Origin: Eledone cirrhosa
Lineage: Eukaryota
Direction: 5' to 3'
Length of the DNA stretch: 64,000 bases
Assembly: GCA_964016885.1 (NCBI GenBank)
Contig: OZ024741.1
Location: 210,304,001-210,368,000 of the forward strand
Positions 54,282-64,000 of the stretch are shown here, in pieces. The notes beneath the pieces are model-generated. The model searched no databases and was not told where the DNA came from. It worked only from the letters and a program-made list of their open reading frames with translations. How positions within the stretch are numbered: the first letter of the stretch is position 1; each line of letters starts with the position of its first letter. The translations under genes and the position numbers were made by a program.

Positions 54282-57200
54282 GTTATTCCTTGAATCTCAG
54301 TCATTGATGTTGGTTAACTGGAAAGTCCGTTGGATTGAATATCAAGCCACTACCTGCAGCCTCAGATATTCAGGACGTATCGGAGGGTTCTTGCTGTTCC
54401 AAGCAAGCATGCCTTTTGAAGCGTTCCAAAAAGCGTGAAGGGGCCGATTTTCTTTAACCATCCCTGGAAACTTTTGGAGATAGTCCCCAGTGCGCCTATG
54501 ACAATCGGGATCACTTTGACTTCATGGCAGTTCCAAATCCTTTTCACCTCCCACTTTAGGTCCTGGTATCGGTTAATTTTCTCCCTCTCCTTCTCTTGCA
54601 CTCTCGTGTCGAACGGGCAGGCCACATCCACAATCAGACACGATCTTTTTTCTTTGTCCACAACCACCAGGTCAGGTCTATTGTGTTCCAGTTTTTTGTC
54701 CGTCTGTATCCTAAAATCCCACAGCACCTTCACCTGATTGTTCTCCATCACCGCCTCTGGCCTATGCTCATACCATTTCTCAGAATGTGGTAAATTGTTT
54801 ACTTTGCACAGGTGCCAGTGGATCACCCTGCCCATCACATCGTGTCTCCAGCCCTTATAGTGGGTCTGGGCTAGGTGTTTACACTCGGACACAATGTGAG
54901 CCACAGTCTCCTCTCTCTCTCCACAGATCCTGCACAGTGGGCTAGCCTCCTCCTTGTAGATATGGTGCTTCAACCACTTCGTTTTGAGGGCCTGCTCCTG
55001 CGCAGCCATTAGCATTCCTTCTGTAGCCTTTTTGAGGTCTCCTCTTCTCAACCAGTTCCATGTCTGTGGATCTCTAAATTCAGTTTTCTCAAAGAAGGTA
55101 CTATGAAGGGATTTTCCCTTAAGGCTGCTCTTCCTCCTTGATGTTATTTCCTCCTTGGTCATCCCCTGGCCTACTGTCCCCTCCTTCAGTACAGTTCTGA
55201 GCATTGGCTCCTTACTATAGGTCACGTATTTGTATAGGTTGTTTTTCTCCATCTGAACACAGTCCTCTATGCTGATAAGACCTCTTCCACCCTCAGATCT
55301 CCTTAGGTAGAGTCTATCGACATCACTCCTCTTGTGGAACATGTTGTAGATAGTCAATAGCTTCCTAGTGTTCCTATCCATTTCTTTTTGTTCAGCAACA
55401 TGCCATCTCAGAATTCCCGCACTGTACCTAATAATAGACACAGCTCGGGAATTTACTGCGCTTATGGCATTTCTGCTGTTCAGATGTGACTTCAATACGC
55501 TCCTTACTCTCCGAATGTATTCAGTTCTTAACAATTCCTTCATTTTTTTGTTCTTTATGCCATCAGCCTCCAGAACGCCCAAATACTTGTATCCTTCCTC
55601 AGAGTCAATTTCCTTTATCATCTCACCTGTTGGTATCTGGATCCCGTTACTTCTGCTCAACCTACCCCTCTTCATCACAATGACTCCACATTTACCAATA
55701 CCAAACTGCATATATATATCACTGCTGAAAATACGGACAGTGTCAACAAGCACATCCAACTCCTTCTCACTTTTCCCGAAGAGCTTAAGATCGTCCATGA
55801 AGAGGAGGTGATTGATGGTATGCTCTCCCCTTCCCAACTTGTATCCTGCTCTCACTTTTCGCAGCATAATGGTCAAGGGCATCAGGGCAAGGACAAACAA
55901 CAGAGGGGACAGGCTATCTCCCTGGAAGATACCTCTCTTGATCTTCACGCTTCCCAAGGATACTCCAGTTGATGTCAACTCTGTCTCCCAGGACCCCATA
56001 CTCCTGCCTAGCAACTGTCTGATGTTATCTGCCACCTTGAAGATCTCCAGGCTTTTGGTGATCCAGGAATGGGGCACCATGTCAAATGCCTTTCTGTAGT
56101 CTATCCATCCCATGGCAAGATCAGTGTGTCTCCTCCTGCAATTCCCCATTACCATCTTATCAATAAGTAACTGGTCCTTTGTACCACGTGACTTCTTTCG
56201 GCATCCTTTCTGTTCGTCCGGTAACAAGTTGTTTGTGTGGAGGTGATGGTAGATTTCCTCAGACACAATGCTCGTCAACAGTTTCCACATTACGGACAGA
56301 CATGTAATAGGTCTATAGTTGGTAACATCATTACCCTTGATTCGGTCTTTCATTATGAGAACTGTGGTACCTTTTGTCAACCACTCTGGCACCTCACCCG
56401 ACACCAAGCAGTCATTGAACATGGCCGTCAGCTTCGGGTGGAGGGATGTTAAATGTTTAATCCAATACCCCTGCACACCATCTGGGCCTGGTGATTTCCA
56501 GTTGGTTAGTTTTTTGGCCTGCCCCTTAAGAGTTTCAACTGTGATACTCAACTCAGTTTGTTGTTGTGCCTGCTCACCGATCTCCCTCTGTACTGTCTCA
56601 ATCCACCCTGCCTGGGCATTGTGTCTAACATCCTGCTCCCATATTCCTCTCCAGAATGTTTTAGTTTGCTCCGCCCCAGGCATCAAGTCGTTGCCTCTTT
56701 CTTTGCCCTCAAGCTGTCCAAACAGCATCTTCTGGTTGTTGTCGAACATGCGGTTCTGTTTATACTGACTGACTCTGTTCTCGTATCGCCTGATTTTTGC
56801 ACTCTTTGCTACAATGCGTTGCTTCAATTCCTCTATGATAATATTTAGCTTTTTACTCCTAGTTTTGTATTTTATTTCCAGTCTATTTTTAGTGCCTATG
56901 TTTTTTAGTGTCCCATTCAGTAGTGACTCAAGCTTTCCTATGTCATTTCTCATTTCCCCGATTTGCCCACTCAGTCGCTTCTTCCACCACGGCTCTGCTC
57001 TTTCTTGTCTGTTGTTTCCTCTCGCTTTTATACCAAGTAGTTTCCTCACCGTATTTGCTGTTGCTTTGAGGATATTGTTGCACTGGTGAAGGCTCCTCGC
57101 CTCAAGGTATGGGATGACTTTGTTTACCTTAGCTGTTGTTTCTTTTAACTTTTTCCTGTCTACAAATCTTAGGTTCATAGGTCTCCCACTATCATTGTTC

Positions 57201-58733
57201 AATTCATCTACCACTAAATTTAGGATGTCAACCGAATCTTGTCCTAGCCCGTCAGCATTCATCTCCTCAGTGGCCGTATCTCTGTTCCAGGTATTATTTA
57301 TCTCAGTATTCAGATCATTGTCTGCTTCGGGTGGTTCCTCCGTTCTCAGGACCTCTTCACCTTCATTTCCCACTGGCTCGCTTGTCTTGCATACTACACC
57401 CGCCATCTCCAAGCCATTCTCTCTGCTCAGTTCCTCCAGTTCCAGCTCGCTTATCCATCCATTAGTTCTTATTACCCGAGCCTGCCCGGCCAATTTTTGT
57501 TCATCTAATTTAAATAAACCAATCTCGTTCCAGATGTTATGCATCCGTCTCCTGTAGCCCCTCTCCTTGGGGTTACTTTTCAGGTAACATTGCATAACAG
57601 TTCTATTCAATTCTTTCGTCCAGTTGGTTCTGGCCCCTTTCCTTCTTCTCCTTCCTCCAACATCAGCAGTATTTGGTTGACAGTCAGGTTCCTGCTGCTG
57701 AGCCAGCGGGCACCTGTTGGGTGAGAGTCTGTCACATGACGTTCTAGACTCCATTTCACCGTTATTCGAACTGTTTATGTTCGATATTTAAACACTCTTA
57801 TCGAGGATTGGCGAATGTATGGTTACATATCCATCTGTGGATCCGCCATTCCACTTGGCCCTTGTGTGGCATTATCACCACGCTGTATACGAACACACAT
57901 AAACAAACAAACACACGGGCAGAAAGGGCCCCAAAAATGAATAAGCATAAGTTTCATTGTAATGTAGTGTTCGAATGTCTGACTTAGTTTTTGTTTTTTA
58001 AGTTTTAGTTTTTCCCCCCTCTTCTCTGTCCGTCCGCCTGCTTCTCTCTTCATTCTTATTTTCTTTACGTTTTGGGGGTTTCTTTTTTTGTTTTTGTTTT
58101 TCTCTGTTTGTTTTTCTCGTTTTTGCTGTTGTTGCTGTGCTGCTTTGGTTTTGTTGTTTGTTTTTTCTTTTTTCTTTTGAGTCTATCTATATATTTTGAT
58201 GCCTTCCTCTTTGTTAGTAGTAGGAATTCTATAATGTGGAAGTAGCAGCCAGCAGGGAGAAGTGGGAGACTGGCGGCGGTAGCGATACTGAGACAGTGGT
58301 GGTGGTGATGTCGATAGCGAGGCAGTGGTGGCGGAGATGTGACCGTATTACTGTAGTGATGGTGCTGTAGCGGTGGCAGCAGTGAAGGAGTGAAGGGGTG
58401 GTGGCGGCGATGATGGGATAATGGTGGTAATGATGGCCGTAGTGAGCGGTTGAAAATGCCGTTATCTGGCTGTTGTGTTTAGTGTACACAGATGATGGGG
58501 TGGGTGGTGTATCTAGTTTCTGGTGTTGGTGAGTTTGGCTGTCCTATATAGTGTAGACAGAGGAGAGGAGGGGGGGGGGTTCTTCTTCCATTTATAGCCA
58601 TTTTCTTTTTTGGATATACAGTGTACAATACAAAGTTGAATATTTGAATATTTGAGCCTTATAACAATATATTTTGGGTCTGAATTTTTTGGGGGCTCAA
58701 GCCGGGTGCGTTACGTAGCATTTGTACTAAGAG

Positions 58734-58738
<5 letters not shown>
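54282..58738 (-). mobile_element. Near full-length R4/Dong-like RLE LINE family B, copy 2
   Basis: Single ORF and a ~1-kb leader lacking the outermost ~80 nt seen in copy 3; (TAA)n on both sides. Confidence 0.93.
54362..57754 (-). CDS. Uninterrupted 1130-aa RT plus CCHC plus restriction-like endonuclease protein
   Basis: RTNWTKELN N-terminus, KSPGPDG, IDYRKAFD, QGDSLSP, FMDDLK, CRICGEREETVAHIVSEC, RHD, RPDLVVVD..IVDVACP..EKINRY. Confidence 0.93.
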   Translation of the reverse strand: MESRTSCDRLSPNRCPLAQQQEPDCQPNTADVGGRRRRKGARTNWTKELNRTVMQCYLKSNPKERGYRRRMHNIWNEIGLFKLDEQKLAGQARVIRTNGWISELELEELSRENGLEMAGVVCKTSEPVGNEGEEVLRTEEPPEADNDLNTEINNTWNRDTATEEMNADGLGQDSVDILNLVVDELNNDSGRPMNLRFVDRKKLKETTAKVNKVIPYLEARSLHQCNNILKATANTVRKLLGIKARGNNRQERAEPWWKKRLSGQIGEMRNDIGKLESLLNGTLKNIGTKNRLEIKYKTRSKKLNIIIEELKQRIVAKSAKIRRYENRVSQYKQNRMFDNNQKMLFGQLEGKERGNDLMPGAEQTKTFWRGIWEQDVRHNAQAGWIETVQREIGEQAQQQTELSITVETLKGQAKKLTNWKSPGPDGVQGYWIKHLTSLHPKLTAMFNDCLVSGEVPEWLTKGTTVLIMKDRIKGNDVTNYRPITCLSVMWKLLTSIVSEEIYHHLHTNNLLPDEQKGCRKKSRGTKDQLLIDKMVMGNCRRRHTDLAMGWIDYRKAFDMVPHSWITKSLEIFKVADNIRQLLGRSMGSWETELTSTGVSLGSVKIKRGIFQGDSLSPLLFVLALMPLTIMLRKVRAGYKLGRGEHTINHLLFMDDLKLFGKSEKELDVLVDTVRIFSSDIYMQFGIGKCGVIVMKRGRLSRSNGIQIPTGEMIKEIDSEEGYKYLGVLEADGIKNKKMKELLRTEYIRRVRSVLKSHLNSRNAISAVNSRAVSIIRYSAGILRWHVAEQKEMDRNTRKLLTIYNMFHKRSDVDRLYLRRSEGGRGLISIEDCVQMEKNNLYKYVTYSKEPMLRTVLKEGTVGQGMTKEEITSRRKSSLKGKSLHSTFFEKTEFRDPQTWNWLRRGDLKKATEGMLMAAQEQALKTKWLKHHIYKEEASPLCRICGEREETVAHIVSECKHLAQTHYKGWRHDVMGRVIHWHLCKVNNLPHSEKWYEHRPEAVMENNQVKVLWDFRIQTDKKLEHNRPDLVVVDKEKRSCLIVDVACPFDTRVQEKEREKINRYQDLKWEVKRIWNCHEVKVIPIVIGALGTISKSFQGWLKKIGPFTLFGTLQKACLLGTARTLRYVLNI

Positions 58739-58800
<62 letters not shown>

Positions 58801-58995
58801 TGATTCTTGTTAAATAATCTTCAGCACGTAGTTATCACTATCACTATAATCACCATTATCTTAACACCATTGTCATTTTCATTTCTTCACATCAATAACA
58901 TCATCATCTTCATTGTTATTTTTTTGTCCATAGCCATTTTCATTGTTGTCGTCATTAGAACCATCATCATTATCACCATTATCACCAGCATCGTC

Positions 58996-59047
<52 letters not shown>

Positions 59048-59048
59048 G

Positions 59049-62000
59049 TTATTCCTTGAATCTCAGTCATTGATGTTAGTTAACTGGAAAGTCCGTTGGA
59101 ATGAATATCAAGCCACTACCTGCAGCCTCAGATATTCAGGACGTATCGGAGGGTTCTTGCTGTTCCCAGCAAGCATGCCTTTTGAAGCGTTCCAAAAAGC
59201 GTGAAGGGGCCGATTTTCTTTAACCATCCCTGGAAACTTTTGGAGATAGTCCCCAGTGCGCCTATGACAATCGGGATCACTTTGACTTCATAGCAGTTCC
59301 AAATCCTTTTTACCTCCCACTTTAAGTCCTGGTATCGGTTAATATTCTCCCTCTCCTTCTCTTGCACTCTCGTGCCGAATGGGCAGGCCACATCCACAAT
59401 CAGACACGATCTTTTTTCTTTGTCCACAACCATCAGGTCAGGTCTATTGTGTTCCCGTTTCTTGTCCGTCTATATCCTAAAAGCCCACAGCACCTTCACC
59501 TGATCGTTCTCCATCACCGCCTCTGGCTTATGCTCATACCATTTCTCAGAATGTGGTAAATTGTTTACTTTGCACAGGTGCCAATGGATCACCCTGCCCA
59601 TCACATCATGTCTCCAGCCCTTATAGTGTGTCTGGGCTAGGTGTTTACACTCGGATACAATGTGTGCCACAGTCTCCTCTCTCTCTCTCCACAGATCCTG
59701 CACAGTAGGCTAGCCTCCTCCTTGTAAATATGGTGCTTCAACCACTTCGTTTTAAGGGCCTGCTCCTGCGCAGCCATTAACATTCCTTTTGTAGCCTTTT
59801 TAAGGTCTCCTCTTCTCAGCCAGTTCCATGTCTGTGGATCTCTAAATTCAGTTTTCTCAAAGAAGGTACTATGAAGGAATTTTTCCTGAAGGCTGCTCTT
59901 TCTGCTTGATGTTATTTCCTCCTTGGACATCCCCTGGCCTATTGTCCCCTCCTTCAGTACAGTTCTGAGCATTGGCTCCTTACTATCAGTCACGTATTTG
60001 TGTAGGTTGTTTTTCTCCATCTAAACACAGTCCTCTATGCTGATAAGACCTCTTCCACCCTCAGATCTCCTTAGGTAGAGTCTATCGACATCACTCCTCT
60101 TGTGGAACATGTTGTAGATAGTCAATAGCTTCCTAGTCTTCCTATCCATCTCTTTTTGTTCAGCAACATTCCATCTCAGAATTCCCGCACTGTACCTAAT
60201 AATAGACACAGCTCGGGAATTTACTGCGCTTGTGGCATTTCTGCTGTTCAGATGTGACTTCAATACGCTCCTTACTCTCCGAATGTATTCAGTTCTTAAC
60301 AATTCCTTCATTTTTTTGTTCTTTATGCCATCAGCCTCCAGAACGCCCAAATACTTGTATCCTTCCTCAGAGTCAATTTCCTTTATCATCTCTCCTGTTG
60401 GTATCTGGATTCCGTTACTTCTGCTCAACCTACCCCTCCTCATCATAATGACTCCACACTTACTAATACCAAACTGCATACATATATCACTGCTGAAAAT
60501 ACGGACAGTGTCAACAAGCACATCCAACTCCTTCTCACTCTTCCCGAAGAGCTTAAGATCGTCCATGAAGAGGAGGTGATTGATGGTAAGCCCTCCCTTT
60601 CCCAACCCGTATCCTGCTCTCACTTTTCGCAGTACACTGGTCAGGGGCATCAGGGCAAGGACAAACAACAGAGGGGACAGGCTATCTCCCTGGAAGATAC
60701 CTCTCTTGATCTTCACGCTTCCCAAGGATTCTCCAGTTGATGTCAATTCTGTTTCCCAGGACCTCATACTCTTGCCCAACAACTGTCTGATGTTATCTGC
60801 CACCTTGAAGATCTCCAGGCTTTTGGTGATCAAAGAATGAGGCACCATGTAAATGCCTTTCTGTAGTCTATCCATCCCATGGCAAGATCAGTCTGTCTCC
60901 TCCTGCAATTCCCCATTACCATCTTATCAATAAGTAACTGGTCCTTTGTACCACGTGACTTCTTTCGGCATCCTTTCTGTTCGTCCGGTAACAAGTTGTT
61001 TGTGTGGAGGTGATGGTAGATTTCCTCAGACACAATGTTCGTCAACAGTTTCCACATTACGGACAGACATGTGATAGGTCTATATTTGGTAACATCATTA
61101 CTCTTGATTCGGTCTTTCATTATCAGAACTGTGGTACCTTTTGTCAACCACTCTGGTACCTCACCTGACATCAAGCAGTCATTGAACATGGTTGTCAGTT
61201 TCGGGTGGAGGGATGTTATATTTTTAATCCAATACCCCTGCACACCATCTGGGCCTGGTGATTTCCAGTTGGTTAGTTTTTTGGCCTGCCCCTTAAGAGT
61301 TTCAACTGTGATACTCAAATCAGTTTGTTGGTGTGCCTGCTCACCGATCTCCCTCTGTACTGTCTCAATCCACCCTGCCTGGTCATTATGTCTAACATCC
61401 TGCTCCCATATTCCTCTCCAGAATGTTTTAGTTTGTTCCGCCTCAGGGATCAAGTCGTTGCCTCTTTCTTTCCCCTCAAGCTGTCCAAACAGCATCTTCT
61501 GGTTGTTGTCGAACATGCGGGTCTGTTTATACTGACTGACTCTGTTCTCGTATCTCCTGATTTTTGCACTCTTTGCTACAATGCGTTGCTTCAATTCCTC
61601 TATGATAATATTTAGCTTTTTCCTCCTAGTTTTGTACTTTATTTCCAGTCTATTTTTAGTGCCTATGTTTTTTAGTGTCCCATTCAGTAGTGACTCAAGC
61701 TTTCCAATGTCATTTCTCATTTCCCTGATTTGTCCACTCAGTCGTTTCTTCCACCAAGGCTCTGCTCTTTCTTGTCTGTTGTTTCCTCTCGCTTTTATAC
61801 CAAGTAGTTTCCTCACCGTATTTGCTGTGGTTTTGAGGATATTGTTGCACTGGTGAAGGCTCCTCGCCTCAAGGTATGGGATGACTTTGTTTACCTTAGC
61901 TGTTGTTTCTTCTAACTTTTTCCTGTCTACAAATCTTAGGTTCATAGGTCTCCCATTATCATTGTTCAATTCATCTACCACTAAATTGAGGATGTCAACC

Positions 62001-63760
62001 GAATCTTGTCCTAGCCCGTCAGCATTCATCTCCTCAGTGGCCGTATCTCTGTTCCAGGTATTATTTATCTCAGTATTCAGATCATTGTCTGCTTCGGGTG
62101 GTTCCTCCGTTCTCTCGACCTCTTCACCTTCATTTCCCACTGGCTCGTTTGCCTGGCATACTCCACCCTCCATCTCCAAGCTAATCTCTCTGCTCAGTTC
62201 CTCCATTTCCAGCTCGCTTATCCACCCATTAGTTCTTATTACCCGAGCCTGCCCGGCCAATTTTTGTTCATCTAATTCAAATAGACCAATATCGTTCCAG
62301 ATGTTATGCATCCGTCTCCTATAGCCCCTCTCCTTGGGGTTACTTTTCAGGTAACATTGCATAACAGTTCTATTCAATTCTTTCGTCCAGTTGGTTCTGG
62401 TCCCTTTCCTTCTTCTTCTTCCTCCGACACCAGCAGTATTTGGTTGACAGCCAGGTTCCTGCTGCTGAGCCAGGGAGCACCTGTTGGGTGAGACCCTGTC
62501 ACATGACGTTCTAGTCTCCATTTCACCGTTATTCGAACTGTTTAGGTTCGATATTTAAACACTCTTATCGAGGATTGGCGAATGTATGGTTACATAACCA
62601 TCTGTGGATTCACCATCTCCGGTGGTTGCGTCGCTCCACTTGGCTCTTGTGTGGCATTATCACCACGCTGTAGACGAACACAAATAAACAAACAAACAAA
62701 CAGGCAGAAAAAACCCCCCAAAATGAATAAGCATAAGTTTCATTGTAATGTAGTGTTCGAATGTCTGACTTAGTTTTTCCCTTCTCTTCTCTGTCCGTCC
62801 GCTTGTTTCTCTCTTCATTCTTATTTTCTTTACGTTTTTTTGTTTTTTTGTTTTTCTCTGTTTGTTTGTTTTTTTTTGTTTTTTTTTGTTGTTGTTGCTG
62901 TGCTGCTTGGGTTTTGATTTTTGTTTTTTCTCTTTTGAGTCTATCTATATATTTTGATGCCTTCCTCTTTTTTAGTAGGAATTCTATAATGTGGTGGCAG
63001 TGCTGTGCTAGCAGCAACTAGCAGGAGGCAATGGGAGAGAATAGCGGCGGTAGCGATACTGAGACAGTGGTGGTGGTGATGTCGATACTGAGGCAGTGGT
63101 GGTGGTGATGTGATCGTATTACTGTAGTGATGGTGTTGTAGCGGTGGTAGCAATGAAGGAGTGGTGGTGGCGGTGATGGGATAGTGGTAGTAATGGTGGA
63201 TGGGCGGCGTTGTCGTTACTGATGTCCGTTCGGTGAATCTATGGGGTTAGTCGCGTACATGTGTTGACATAAATTCCCTTAATGTTGGAATTAAACATTT
63301 TGTTAAAACTTGGGACAATAATAATAGTATTTATTATTATCATTATTATGTTGAGATTGGTTGTGGTGGTGGTGGTGAAGTTGCCGTTATCTGGCTGTTG
63401 TGTTTAGTGTACACAGAGAGGTGATGGGGTAGGTGGTGTATCTAGTTTCTGGTGTTGGTGAGATTGGTGTTGTTTGGCTGTTCTATATAGTGTAGACAGA
63501 GGAGGGGGGGGGGGTTCTTCTTCTTCCATTTATAGCCATTTTCTTTTTTGAATATACAATGTACAATACAAAGTTGAATATTTGAATATTTGAGCCTTAT
63601 AACAATATATTTTGGGTCCGAATTTTTTTTGGGCTCAAGCCGGATGCTTTACGTAACATTTGTACTAAGAGTTGTTATTTCACAAATGATTTAAATATGT
63701 TAAAAATTCAAAACTTACGGGAGCGATTTCATGACCTTCTACCACCTCGTGCGTCTTCTT
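59049..63760 (-). mobile_element. Full-length family B copy 3, disrupted
   Basis: ORF 62521-59128 has stops and frameshifts. Complete leader with an extra ~170-bp insert at about 63195-63360. Confidence 0.92.
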
Positions 63761-63778
63761 TATTATTATTCTTTATTA

Positions 63779-63806
63779 TTTGGCCTTGTGCCAAAAGTAG
63801 AAACAA
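63779..63806 (+). mobile_element. 3' tip of the Meta-like SINE within the (TTA)n linker
   Basis: ttggccttgtgccaaaagtagaaacaattatt is the exact reverse complement of 3803-3834. Confidence 0.7.
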
Positions 63807-63841
63807 TTATTATTATTATTATTATTATTATTATTGTTATT

Positions 63842-64000
63842 GTTATTCCTTGAATCTCAGTCATTGATGTTGGTTAACTGGAAAGTCCGTTGGATTGAAT
63901 ATCAAGCCACTACCTGCAGCCTCAGATATTCAGGACGTATCGGAGGGTTCTTGCTGTTCCAAGCAAGCATGCCTTTTGAAGCGTTCCAAAAAGCGTGAAG
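63842..64000 (-). mobile_element. 3' end of family B copy 4 (continues beyond the window)
   Basis: Matches 54282-54440 by eye. Confidence 0.9.

Noticed and set aside
54435-62491. Plus-strand ORFs antisense to the RLE ORFs
   Set aside because: Shadow ORFs, repeated only because the elements are near-identical copies.

Overview
This is AT-rich, microsatellite-dense eukaryotic DNA. The SINE types suggest a cephalopod, probably Octopus (inference). I found no credible host gene; the window is almost entirely retroelements. From 1 to 33.5 kb there are (TA)n and other microsatellite tracts holding a decayed RLE-type LINE, at least three Penelope-like element (PLE) families, RTE relics, tRNA-derived SINEs and truncated Tx1 3' ends. 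This part also has many short PLE-type pieces, often inverted or palindromic, carrying type I hammerhead ribozyme folds, some with non-canonical cores. From 33.5 to 64 kb, eight non-LTR retrotransposon copies sit end to end, each separated by a (TTA)n tract of the same polarity. Two are Tx1/L1-type APE-RT elements on the + strand and six are R4/Dong-type RT-RLE copies on the - strand, one with an uninterrupted 1130-aa ORF. Main points of interest: two unrelated clades share one microsatellite in opposite orientations; the RLE elements appear to carry a Tx1-like 5'UTR/ORF1-start module; the Tx1 copies have different ORF1s on near-identical ORF2s; related Tx1 3' ends sit in different microsatellites; and the hammerhead repertoire is diverse. 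All assignments come from reading motifs by eye; no searches or folding programs were run.
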